From a candidate division WWE3 bacterium CG08_land_8_20_14_0_20_40_13 (GTDB taxonomy: Bacteria; Patescibacteriota; WWE3; 0-14-0-20-40-13): a DNA stretch of 63,930 bases. Shown here one piece after another: positions 18,671 to 27,461 of the stretch. The stretch lies in the NCBI GenBank assembly GCA_002774285.1, contig PEYT01000023.1, positions 1-63,930 of the forward strand, in the 5' to 3' direction. A model generated the notes under the pieces. That model did not search any database, had not been told where the DNA came from, and saw only the letters and a list, made by a program, of their open reading frames with translations. Numbering within the stretch: the first letter of the stretch is position 1; each line of letters opens with the position of its first letter. The translations under genes were made by a program, and so were the position numbers.

Positions 18671-19201
18671 TTGAAATTTGTTACCACCACCGCAATAATT
18701 CTTAGACAGATAAACTTCTCTGACAGTGACAAAATATTTTCCCTCTTAACCCCCGATCTTGGGCGTGTTTCGGCAATTGCCAAAGGCGTCCGTAAAATAA
18801 AAAGCAGAAAAGCCGGGCATTTAGATCTTGGCAATGTCGTTAAAGTATCGTTGGCCGAGGGAAAAAATATATACATCCTGACACAGGCAGAACTTGTTGT
18901 ATCCCCACCCAAAAATCAGTTAAGTGTAATGGCCATTATTTTTGAGACATTGGAGACGTTGGGGAAGCTTTTACATGATGGCCAGGACGCGGCGGTTTTT
19001 TATCCCCTTTACATTACATTTTTACAAGGTGTAAAAATTAACCATATGGTCGATTTTTATCTTGAAGACTTCTACCGCGGAATTTTTAAACTTAGCGGGT
19101 TTTGGCAGGAGAGCCTTATCACTTATAGTCTTTCTCAACTTAGGTCGTACTTTGAAAATGTTGTCGAAACACATATCAACTCCCGGTATCTAGCGGGCTA
19201 G
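18671..19201 (+). CDS. recO: DNA repair protein RecO (short form)
   Basis: N-terminal OB-fold signature AIILRQINFSDSDKIFSLLTPDLGRVSAIAKGVRK. TTG start. 176 aa with no cysteines. Confidence 0.7.
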   Translation: MKFVTTTAIILRQINFSDSDKIFSLLTPDLGRVSAIAKGVRKIKSRKAGHLDLGNVVKVSLAEGKNIYILTQAELVVSPPKNQLSVMAIIFETLETLGKLLHDGQDAAVFYPLYITFLQGVKINHMVDFYLEDFYRGIFKLSGFWQESLITYSLSQLRSYFENVVETHINSRYLAG

Positions 19202-19240
19202 ATTCGTACCGTTGCCTAGTTGGCAAGAAATGGTTGAATA

Positions 19241-19477
19241 ATGTTTCAGGTCTCAAAAAAAAATATAAAGGCTGTTTTGCCGATTGGTGGGATAGATTTT
19301 CTAACTCCTGCCGAGGTTGATATAAAGCTTGGGTTGGATGGTTTAGTACAAGTTAAGGTAGTCAACACGCTTCTTATGGATCTAGCGTCTGCTGGAGAGA
19401 TTAGAAGAGCTAGATCGCAACTTCGTTATCAAGCATTAACGCCGTGGGAGCGGCGTGGAAGTGGAATGCGATACTAG
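19241..19477 (+). CDS. hypothetical protein (78 aa)
   Basis: ORF only. No recognisable motif. Confidence 0.35.
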   Translation: MFQVSKKNIKAVLPIGGIDFLTPAEVDIKLGLDGLVQVKVVNTLLMDLASAGEIRRARSQLRYQALTPWERRGSGMRY

Positions 19478-19688
19478 CGTACTAGAAAGGAGGTAATTTT
19501 GAGAGGATGCATGTGGCCTGTGGATAGCGGGGGTGGTAGGTTTTACATTGCTTGCGTATGCAGTTCTTGTGCTTTTGCAAGGTCATTGGTAAAAGGGGGG
19601 TAGTTTGGAATTATGCTTTACTGGCCCCTGAAGTATTTTCTATATCTTCTGCTGGAAAGAGTAATGTCGATAGTGTAACATCAATCTC

Positions 19689-21071
19689 ATGGCTTCTAAT
19701 GTATCCTTATCCAAACAAGATGTTTTTGAAAAGGTTGTTTCGCTTTGTAAAAGGCGGGGATTTGTGTTTCAAAACTCTGAAATATACGGTGGTATGTCAG
19801 CTATTTACGATTATGGGCCATTAGGGGCTGAATTAAGAAAGAATATATATGATCTATGGTGGCGGAGAATGATCACCGAGCGAGAGGATGTCGTAGGAAT
19901 TGATGGCAGAATAATTATGCATCCTAAAGTATGGGAGGCTAGCGGTCATGTCACTGGATTTGCTGAGGCGTTGGTGGAGGATAAAGTCACCCACAAAAGA
20001 TATTCTGGAAATAAGTTAGCCGAAGATCAGTTGGGTTTAACAATAAAGGATACAGATATAGAATCTATAGATAATCTTGTTCGGGAAGGTAAACTAAGAA
20101 GTCCCGATGGGAATCCACTCACAACCGCAAAAAAATTCAACCTTCTAATGCCAGTTGGTATTGGAACGGTTGAAGGCGAGAAATCAACAGCTTACCTTAA
20201 GGGAGAATCTTGTCAGAATATATATTTAAACTTCAAACCAATTCTGGAATCCATGCATAAAAGTATTCCGTTTGGTATTGCCCAAATAGGTAGGGCATTT
20301 AGAAACGAGATAACTTTAGGTCAATTTTTGTTTCGACAGCGTGAATTTGACCAAATGGATGTCCAATATTTTTGCCATCCGAAAGACTCTTCAAAGTACT
20401 ATGAAGAGTGGAAAGCGATTCGTTGGAACTGGTATATAAAAGATCTTGGTATTCTGGAAAAGAACCTTAAATGGAAGCGACACTCGGATCAAGAGCGGGC
20501 ATTTTATGCGAAGGATGCTTGGGATATTACTTATAACTTTAGTGGTATGGGATGGAAGGAAATCGAGGGTCTGCACGACAGAGGGGACTACGATCTTTCA
20601 CAGCATCAAAAGTTTTCCGGTACCGATTTAACATACTTCGATCAAGAGACTAAAGAAAGATACCTTCCATACATTGTCGAAAGTTCTGCCGGTTTGGATA
20701 GGAACTTCTTAGCTTTATTGTTTGAGGCTTATTTTGAGGATGGGGAAAGAGTTGTTCTAAAGCTTAAACCAAATCTTGCTCCTTATAAAATTGCCGTATT
20801 TCCACTAGTTCGAAATAAGGAAGAAATCACTAAAAAAGCACGGGAAGTTTTCGATGGTCTGAGACTTAAATTTCACGCCGCTTGGGATGACAGAGGTAAT
20901 ATTGGAAAAAGGTATTATAGTCAAGATGAGATAGGGACACCATATTGTGCCACGATAGATTATCAAACTTTAGAAGACGGTACGGTTACTATCCGAGACC
21001 GTGATACCGCGCTTCAAGAACGCGTTAAAATTTCTGAAATAGAAGATTTTCTTAAATCAAAAATCCAATGA
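19689..21071 (+). CDS. glyQS: glycine--tRNA ligase (dimeric class II type)
   Basis: N-terminus VVSLCKRRGFVFQNSEIYGGMSAIYDYGPLGAELRKNI and class II motifs (FRNEI, GLDR) are typical of GlyQS. Confidence 0.95.
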   Translation: MASNVSLSKQDVFEKVVSLCKRRGFVFQNSEIYGGMSAIYDYGPLGAELRKNIYDLWWRRMITEREDVVGIDGRIIMHPKVWEASGHVTGFAEALVEDKVTHKRYSGNKLAEDQLGLTIKDTDIESIDNLVREGKLRSPDGNPLTTAKKFNLLMPVGIGTVEGEKSTAYLKGESCQNIYLNFKPILESMHKSIPFGIAQIGRAFRNEITLGQFLFRQREFDQMDVQYFCHPKDSSKYYEEWKAIRWNWYIKDLGILEKNLKWKRHSDQERAFYAKDAWDITYNFSGMGWKEIEGLHDRGDYDLSQHQKFSGTDLTYFDQETKERYLPYIVESSAGLDRNFLALLFEAYFEDGERVVLKLKPNLAPYKIAVFPLVRNKEEITKKAREVFDGLRLKFHAAWDDRGNIGKRYYSQDEIGTPYCATIDYQTLEDGTVTIRDRDTALQERVKISEIEDFLKSKIQ

Positions 21072-21937
21072 GTGCCTTTCATACTGGGGTTCTACTTGCC
21101 GATGTCATCCCATTTCTAAATATTAAAAGGAGCAATAAGTATATTGACGCTACGATTGGTGGGGGGGATTATACGGAGGCTATCTTATCCAAAGGGGGTA
21201 TTGTGCTTGGAATTGATCAGGATGAGGAGGCGATAAGTTTTTGTAGAGGCAGATTTAAAGAATACATAAAAGATAAAAGGTTATCCGTAGCTTTGGGGAA
21301 TTTTGAAAATGTCCATAAAATAGCTTTGGAGAACGACTTTCATGACATTTCAGGTATAGTTTATGATCTTGGGATTTCTTCGGGACAAATTGACAACCTT
21401 GAAAGGGGTTTTTCGTTTAAAAATGGAAAGGCGGTTCTAGATATGAGGATGTCAAAACTAACAAACGTTAAGGCTTCCGATATTCTTAACGCGCTAGGCG
21501 AAAAGCAGTTGGCAGGTATTTTTTATTCGTATGGAAACCTTTTAGAGGCAAAACTAATTGCCAGAAAAATCGTAGAAGCTAGAAAAACAAGTAGCATAAA
21601 TACTGTACAAGATCTAATAGATATTTTGCGTCTGATCAGGTCCGATCCATACCGGGACGACTTTTTGGCTAAAGTTTTTTTAGCACTACGAATTGTTACA
21701 AATAACGAATTGGAGTCTCTTGTAGACTCACTTCCCAGATCAATAGATCTTCTAACTTCGGGCGGAAGGTTAGCAGTTATCAGTTTTCAATCAATAGAGG
21801 ATAAGATTGTAAAAAACCTAAAAAGGTCATTTCAAATTCAAGAAATAACTAAATCTCCTATTGTTCCTGATTCTTTGGAAATATTACAAAATCCTAGGTC
21901 CCGGAGCGCAAAACTTCGCGTGTATGAAAAAATCTGA
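21068..21937 (+). CDS. rsmH: 16S rRNA (cytosine1402-N4)-methyltransferase
   Basis: HTGVLL...DATIGGGDYTEAIL...GIDQDEEAI...DLGISSGQID. ATGA overlap with glyQS. First gene of the dcw cluster. Confidence 0.9.
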   Translation: MSAFHTGVLLADVIPFLNIKRSNKYIDATIGGGDYTEAILSKGGIVLGIDQDEEAISFCRGRFKEYIKDKRLSVALGNFENVHKIALENDFHDISGIVYDLGISSGQIDNLERGFSFKNGKAVLDMRMSKLTNVKASDILNALGEKQLAGIFYSYGNLLEAKLIARKIVEARKTSSINTVQDLIDILRLIRSDPYRDDFLAKVFLALRIVTNNELESLVDSLPRSIDLLTSGGRLAVISFQSIEDKIVKNLKRSFQIQEITKSPIVPDSLEILQNPRSRSAKLRVYEKI

Positions 21938-22208
21938 TATGGGGGGTAAAATTGATTTTTATCTGATTGCGAGCGGAGTGATATTTACCGCCAGTTTTAT
22001 CATTGGTGGATATTTAATTAATTTTTCTCCTGAAAAATCAAAAGAATACGGGAAATTGATCTTGGAAAAAGAGGAGATTATAAAACAAAATAATCAGATT
22101 AAAGCTCAAATATTTTTTTTAGGTTCTATAGACAATATACAAAAGGAGGCTGTCCGTATGGGTATTACTAGCCAAAAATTGCTACCTTATGTTACTTCGC
22201 CATATTGA
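21924..22208 (+). CDS. FtsL-like small bitopic division protein
   Basis: 94 aa with one TM helix followed by a coiled-coil-like region. Lies between rsmH and ftsI. ATG 21924 chosen over the longer ORF-track start. Confidence 0.5.
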   Translation: MKKSDMGGKIDFYLIASGVIFTASFIIGGYLINFSPEKSKEYGKLILEKEEIIKQNNQIKAQIFFLGSIDNIQKEAVRMGITSQKLLPYVTSPY

Positions 22209-23913
22209 TTTAAGAATTTTTGCCGCGAAGATTTTTTTTGCCATCTTGGGATTTATTATAGTGGCAAGACTATTTCAAATTCAGGTTTTGTCCCTTGATA
22301 AATATATCAATATAGCTAAAAGCCAGCAAAATCGTAGGCTATCTATTCCTGCTATGAGGGGAAACATTTATTTTAAAGACGGGGCGCCATTTGCAATATC
22401 ACAGATTTCGTATTTTGCCTTTGCCGAGCCAAAGTCATTGGACAAAGATAAAGTAAACGAATTAATTTCGGCTATAGAAAAAGTTAGCAAGCCCCTACCA
22501 CCCGAAGTTAAAGAAAGCCTCACAAAAGATTTATGGTTTGTTCCGTTAGTTCATGGCCTATCCGAAGAACAAAAATTAAGCTTAGAAAAAGAAATTCCCA
22601 AAGGTTTGTTTTTTAGAAAAGAGTATCAACGATTATATCCCGAAAATGGGTTGGGGAATACCATAGTTGGTGTTTTGGGAGGTGACGAAAATGGCGGACA
22701 GGTTGGGTATTGGGGAGTAGAGGGTTATTACAACATGGATCTTGTGGGAAGGTCGGGTACGATACTAGCGGAGGTTGATGCGGTAGGATCACCCATCATT
22801 ATAGGAAATTACTCAGAAATTCCTCAGGTTCCGGGAAGAAGTATCGTGCTTTCTGTTGACCGTTTTGCAGAACATCTCTTGGAGGAAAAACTAAGATACT
22901 ATTTAGATTTATATGGCGCAATATCGGCAAGCGCTGTTATTATAGATCCTGCGTCCGGAGCCATAATTGCTATGGCCGATCTTACAGGGCAGAATAAGGA
23001 AGATTTTAATGATGTTTCCGAGGAAAAGGAAGAGCCTGCTTACATAAATCGCGTTGTTGGAGCAACATACGAACCGGGTTCGGTGTTTAAGGCTTTGTCT
23101 ATGTCCGCAGGTATTGATACGCAAAGCGTTACTCCTGAAACTACATTTATGGATAGTGGACCAAAGTATTATTCTGGATACAAGGTGGATACTTGGAACG
23201 GACAACATTTTGGCGTGGAATCCATGTATGGGGTTTTGGAACATTCAAATAACCTTGGAGCCGCTTTTGTTGGTGAAAAAGTTGGAGCTAAAAAGTTATG
23301 GCAATATTACAAAAAATTTGGGATTGGTCAAATTTTAGGAATTGATATGGAGGGAGAGCAGACAGGAAGACTTCGGGATTGGGAAAATTGGAGCGATATT
23401 GATTTAGTTACAGCCGCCTTTGGTCAGGGAGTTTCCGCTACCCCTCTTCAGGTGGCTATGGCGTTTTCGGTAATTGCAAATGGTGGCGACTTACTAAAAC
23501 CATTTGTAGCAGTATTAGTTGGTAAAGAAGACGCCCGTGGTATTTTTGAAAACGCCTTGTCTCAGAATAACAGAACGGTATTATCGCAGGTCATCAGTCT
23601 CTCCTCCTCAAACACAATGATTGATATGTTAACAAAGGCGGCGGCATCGGGGGAGGCGAAATATTTCGTTTCTAAAAAATACAAGGTGGCGGGAAAAACA
23701 GGAACCGCTCAAATTCCTGTTCCGGGTGGTTACGATCCAGACCGCACCAACGCCACATTTGTTGGCTTTTTGCCAGAGAGTCGGAAATTTGTTATGCTTG
23801 TAAAGTTTGAAGAGCCTACGAGAAGTATATTTGCCGCAGAAACTGCGGTTCCAGCTTGGATGGATGTTGCCGAAGAACTAGCTAATTATTATCGGATTCC
23901 CGTTGATTTTTAA
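22189..23913 (+). CDS. ftsI: penicillin-binding protein 2/FtsI-type transpeptidase
   Basis: N-terminal TM anchor, PBP dimerisation region, and transpeptidase motifs: YEPGSVFK contains the S-x-x-K motif, HSNN is an SxN-like motif, and GKTGTA contains the KTG motif. Confidence 0.9.
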   Translation: MLLRHIDLRIFAAKIFFAILGFIIVARLFQIQVLSLDKYINIAKSQQNRRLSIPAMRGNIYFKDGAPFAISQISYFAFAEPKSLDKDKVNELISAIEKVSKPLPPEVKESLTKDLWFVPLVHGLSEEQKLSLEKEIPKGLFFRKEYQRLYPENGLGNTIVGVLGGDENGGQVGYWGVEGYYNMDLVGRSGTILAEVDAVGSPIIIGNYSEIPQVPGRSIVLSVDRFAEHLLEEKLRYYLDLYGAISASAVIIDPASGAIIAMADLTGQNKEDFNDVSEEKEEPAYINRVVGATYEPGSVFKALSMSAGIDTQSVTPETTFMDSGPKYYSGYKVDTWNGQHFGVESMYGVLEHSNNLGAAFVGEKVGAKKLWQYYKKFGIGQILGIDMEGEQTGRLRDWENWSDIDLVTAAFGQGVSATPLQVAMAFSVIANGGDLLKPFVAVLVGKEDARGIFENALSQNNRTVLSQVISLSSSNTMIDMLTKAAASGEAKYFVSKKYKVAGKTGTAQIPVPGGYDPDRTNATFVGFLPESRKFVMLVKFEEPTRSIFAAETAVPAWMDVAEELANYYRIPVDF

Positions 23914-23920
23914 AAACTAT

Positions 23921-25138
23921 ATGACTGGTGTTGTCCAAGGTGGTGTTGCATTAAAAGGCGAAATTCTTGTTCCTGGATCCGTTTCAGAATCGACAGCTTT
24001 AATTGCGTTAGCCGCCTTTTCTAAGTCCTCCCCATCGTTAAAAAATATTCCAGAAGCGATCGGTATAAAAACGCTTAATGAAATATTAGAAAAAAAATAC
24101 GAGGACGGTGTTATCTCTTTGGATATTTCTTACGACATCGAGCCGTTATTTGCTATCCCTCCAATTCTTTATCGCGGATTTTCAGTTGCCCTAAATTATC
24201 AAAACGATATTCCAAAGGAATTCCGCGAGTTTATTGATATTCTTTTGCTTTTTAACGATGCCAAGGAGATTAACAAAAATTCTTATATTGTAAAAAGGTC
24301 GTCTATAACCGATAAATTTACTATAGATTTAAAACGGCACGGTCCTGATGCCGCTTTGTTTTCTGTTCTTCTTGCAATATCTCATGGGGCATTTGCTACC
24401 TTATTAAATTATCCTGGGGATCCTAGGTTCTTAAGTTTTTTAAAAGCTTTAGAACAAGTCGGAGGTAGTATTTTGTATAACGATGGTGATAATACACAAT
24501 CCGTTTCTGTATCACTGCAGCCACCTTTTGAATTTTCTTTAAATACGGTGGTTTCCTATAGTCTATATAAAGCGGCTTTTTTTTCCTTGGCCGCGGTAGC
24601 AACCGGAGGTGCTGTTAATTTAAGAAATGTTAATGCTTCGGAGTTTACGCCTTTTATCGCGAAACTTTTAAAATGGGGTGTTTCCGTAGAATCAAATCAA
24701 TCTTCCGAGCTAAGGGTGTGGGGGCCGTTATCAAATAAAAATATTAGTGACAATATTGAGATAAAATCATATCCCGGTTTTATTCCTTCGTGGGGATATC
24801 TGGCGTTAGTGTTTTTAACATGCTTTCCCGGAAATTCAAATTTAATTTTCCCGAAGGAGTATTTTCCGCAGGAGTTAATTAAAGAGCTTAACCGGCTTGG
24901 TGGCCAATTGGATTTTTCTTTGGCGCCAGGTAATTTTTGTGTAGCAATCCGCGGGCAAAATCTAAAACCCGGAAGAAAAATACTTCTTGATAATCGCGAG
25001 CACCTTCTTCCACTACTTTTGCTCTCACTTTTAATTCCGGGTCGTACCACATTTATAAATTTTGAAATAATGCGATACTATTACCCAGATGTTTTAGATT
25101 TACTTATACGCCTCGGAGCCAAAATAGAAGTTTCATGA
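23921..25138 (+). CDS. enolpyruvyl-transferase (MurA/EPSPS-fold) paralog, apparently degenerate
   Basis: N-terminus GEILVPGSVSESTALIALAAF aligns by eye to the EPT-family G-x-K-N/S motif, with Lys replaced. YPGDPR stands where MurA has PGGCxxGxR. ATG 23921 preferred over TTG 23903. Confidence 0.55.
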   Translation: MTGVVQGGVALKGEILVPGSVSESTALIALAAFSKSSPSLKNIPEAIGIKTLNEILEKKYEDGVISLDISYDIEPLFAIPPILYRGFSVALNYQNDIPKEFREFIDILLLFNDAKEINKNSYIVKRSSITDKFTIDLKRHGPDAALFSVLLAISHGAFATLLNYPGDPRFLSFLKALEQVGGSILYNDGDNTQSVSVSLQPPFEFSLNTVVSYSLYKAAFFSLAAVATGGAVNLRNVNASEFTPFIAKLLKWGVSVESNQSSELRVWGPLSNKNISDNIEIKSYPGFIPSWGYLALVFLTCFPGNSNLIFPKEYFPQELIKELNRLGGQLDFSLAPGNFCVAIRGQNLKPGRKILLDNREHLLPLLLLSLLIPGRTTFINFEIMRYYYPDVLDLLIRLGAKIEVS

Positions 25139-25150
25139 TATTATTAGATA

Positions 25151-26464
25151 ATGGATAGTACAAGCCAAACTGCAATAGTTTGTGGAGGAAACCCGCTTTT
25201 TGGTGTGGTTACCCCAATACCCAACAAAAATTTTATCGTGGCTGCATTACCGGCCAGTATTCTTACAGATAAAGATGTTACCTATAAGAATGTTCCAAGA
25301 TCAACCGATGTATTAATGATTTTAGAAATGATCACACTTCTTGGCGGAGTTTGTACTTGGTTGGGCGACAGTTCGGTGACGGTTAATTGCTCAAAAGTTA
25401 ATTCCTATACAGTGGACAAAGTTCTTGGAAACAAAATAAGAGCGTCACTACTATTTGTAGGTCCTCTGCTTGCTCGCTTTGGTAAAGCAAAAATTCCTGT
25501 TCCGGGTGGTTGTGTTTTAGGGAGACGGTCTATTTCCGCGCATATTGATGTATTTAGCAAACTCGGGATAAAGATAGATGTCCAAAATGACTTCGCAACA
25601 TTTACAAGACCCAAAAAAATAATAAAAAATATTAAGATCTGGCAAAACGAGGCTAGTCCTACGGCTACTGAGAATTTTGAATTGTATTGTGCTGGAACTT
25701 CTGGGGAATTTCAACTTACTGATGCGGCGTGTGAGCCCCATGCTGGGGATTTACTGGATCTTCTTTTGGCAATGGGCGCTAAAATATCTGGCCGTGGTTC
25801 GAATAAAATTACAGTAGGAGGAGGCAATCTAAAAGGGGCTACCTTTACCTCAAGCCCCGATTTTGTAGATATAGGGGGCTTTATTGTGGCGGCTGCTGTA
25901 ACAAAGGGAAAAATAACAATAAAAGGTGGAAATATTCCTTATGTAGCTGGTATGATTGATTGGTTTACTAAATTTGGAATAAAGATAACAGCAATTAATA
26001 AAGATTTAATTGTAGATGGAGTTTGTGAACTTAAAATAGATCTTGTAAATTCTGGATTCCCCATGGCGGGGGAAAACCTTCCTAAATTTATACCACGGCC
26101 TTGGCCCGGCTTTCCTGTGGATGTCTTACCTCCAATTGTAACTTTGGCCTGTAAAACTTCCGGAAATCTGTTAGTTAATAACTGGATGTATGAGACTGGA
26201 ATGGAATATTGTCATGCTTTAAATACCATGGGGGCTAAAATCAGAATTTTAGATTCTCAAAAAGTAATTGTATCGGGCCCGTGTAAATTTACCGGCGGGG
26301 AAGTTACAACCCCAGATGTAATTCAAGCTTGTAAGACAATTTTTTTGGCATCGCTTGCTGATACTGCCACGACTACCATTCATGGCTTTAATATACTAAA
26401 ACGCCGTTATCCCGATATTGTTTCCACCTATAAAAATCTTGGGGCGGAAATCAAGATTCTATGA
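25151..26464 (+). CDS. murA: UDP-N-acetylglucosamine 1-carboxyvinyltransferase
   Basis: PNKNFIVAALPASIL (Lys22-type motif), LLARFGKAKIPVPGGCVLGRRSISAHI (Cys115 loop) and PGFPVDV (Asp305-type). Confidence 0.85.
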   Translation: MDSTSQTAIVCGGNPLFGVVTPIPNKNFIVAALPASILTDKDVTYKNVPRSTDVLMILEMITLLGGVCTWLGDSSVTVNCSKVNSYTVDKVLGNKIRASLLFVGPLLARFGKAKIPVPGGCVLGRRSISAHIDVFSKLGIKIDVQNDFATFTRPKKIIKNIKIWQNEASPTATENFELYCAGTSGEFQLTDAACEPHAGDLLDLLLAMGAKISGRGSNKITVGGGNLKGATFTSSPDFVDIGGFIVAAAVTKGKITIKGGNIPYVAGMIDWFTKFGIKITAINKDLIVDGVCELKIDLVNSGFPMAGENLPKFIPRPWPGFPVDVLPPIVTLACKTSGNLLVNNWMYETGMEYCHALNTMGAKIRILDSQKVIVSGPCKFTGGEVTTPDVIQACKTIFLASLADTATTTIHGFNILKRRYPDIVSTYKNLGAEIKIL

Positions 26465-27453
26465 CAATAACTAATGAGCCTATGAGCAACCATACTTCTC
26501 TTAAAGTTGGAGGTTCCGCGGATCTTTATGTTATGGCGGCATCCCGCGACCAACTTATTAGCGCTTACACCAAATCAGCAAAAAATAACATGTCTATTTT
26601 TATTCTTGGCGGCGGAACTAATATTTTGGTAGGTGATAAGGGGATAAGAGGCGCCGTTGTTAAAAATAATTGGAGGGATCTGGAAATAGGGGGAACGGTA
26701 AAAACAAAACTTATCGAAGAAAGAAAAAAAAGAAATCAGCAAACAATTTGGCGTACAGGGCTTTTAAATTGGGATGATCTCGGAATCTCGTCGGCCACCG
26801 AGGGAATTAAAATAAAAGTATCGTCTGGGTATAGCCTTCCCCTCCTAATTTCCGAAACCCTAAAAAGAGGAATTACGGGGTTGGAATTGTTTTCCGGAAT
26901 TCCGGGAACAGTTGGGGGAGCAGTGTGGAATAACATACACGGCGCCGACTGGTTTTTTGGCGATTTTTTGGATGAGGTAGAGGTTTGTAATAATAATGGT
27001 AATGTATACTGCATAAAAAACGATAGGTTGTCTTTGGAGTATAACGATTCATACTTCCACACGCACGATTTGTTAATTGTTTCTGCTACTCTAAATTTAT
27101 TTTTAGGGGATGTAAAACATGCTAAGGAAACCTCGAAAGAATGGATTAAAAGAAAAACAGTGCAACCTAAAAATTCTGCTGGATGTATTTTTTCAAATAT
27201 TACCGAAGAAGAAAAAATTAAGGCCGGTTTAGATAATCTTTCAGTGGGTTATATTATAGATAAAGTTCTAGGTCTTCGGGGATATCAAGTAGGTCAGGCT
27301 AAAATATCCGAATCCCACGCAAATTTTATTGAAACTTTTTCGGGCGCAAAAGCTTCCCATGTGGTTGCTGTGATCGATCATGTAAAAAATCTCGCCAAAG
27401 AAAAGCTGGGGTTAAATCTTATTGAGGAAATAGTTAGAGTAGGTGAATTTTAA
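26461..27453 (+). CDS. murB: UDP-N-acetylenolpyruvoylglucosamine reductase
   Basis: HTSLKVGGSADLYV, GGGTNILV, PGTVGGAVWNNIHG and GCIFSN. ATGA overlap with murA. Confidence 0.9.
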   Translation: MTITNEPMSNHTSLKVGGSADLYVMAASRDQLISAYTKSAKNNMSIFILGGGTNILVGDKGIRGAVVKNNWRDLEIGGTVKTKLIEERKKRNQQTIWRTGLLNWDDLGISSATEGIKIKVSSGYSLPLLISETLKRGITGLELFSGIPGTVGGAVWNNIHGADWFFGDFLDEVEVCNNNGNVYCIKNDRLSLEYNDSYFHTHDLLIVSATLNLFLGDVKHAKETSKEWIKRKTVQPKNSAGCIFSNITEEEKIKAGLDNLSVGYIIDKVLGLRGYQVGQAKISESHANFIETFSGAKASHVVAVIDHVKNLAKEKLGLNLIEEIVRVGEF

Positions 27454-27461
27454 CAAACTTT

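Noticed and set aside
19478-19688. Possible T-box or other leader upstream of glyQS (contains GGGTGGTA, reminiscent of the T-box core). Also a 34-codon Cys-rich TTG ORF from 19499, just downstream of an AGGAGG sequence
   Set aside because: I could not find a Stem I with a GGC specifier, nor a terminator/antiterminator pair. The UGGU would pair with ACCA rather than the UCCA end expected for tRNA-Gly. The small ORF rests only on an RBS-like sequence. A cmscan against Rfam T-box would settle it.
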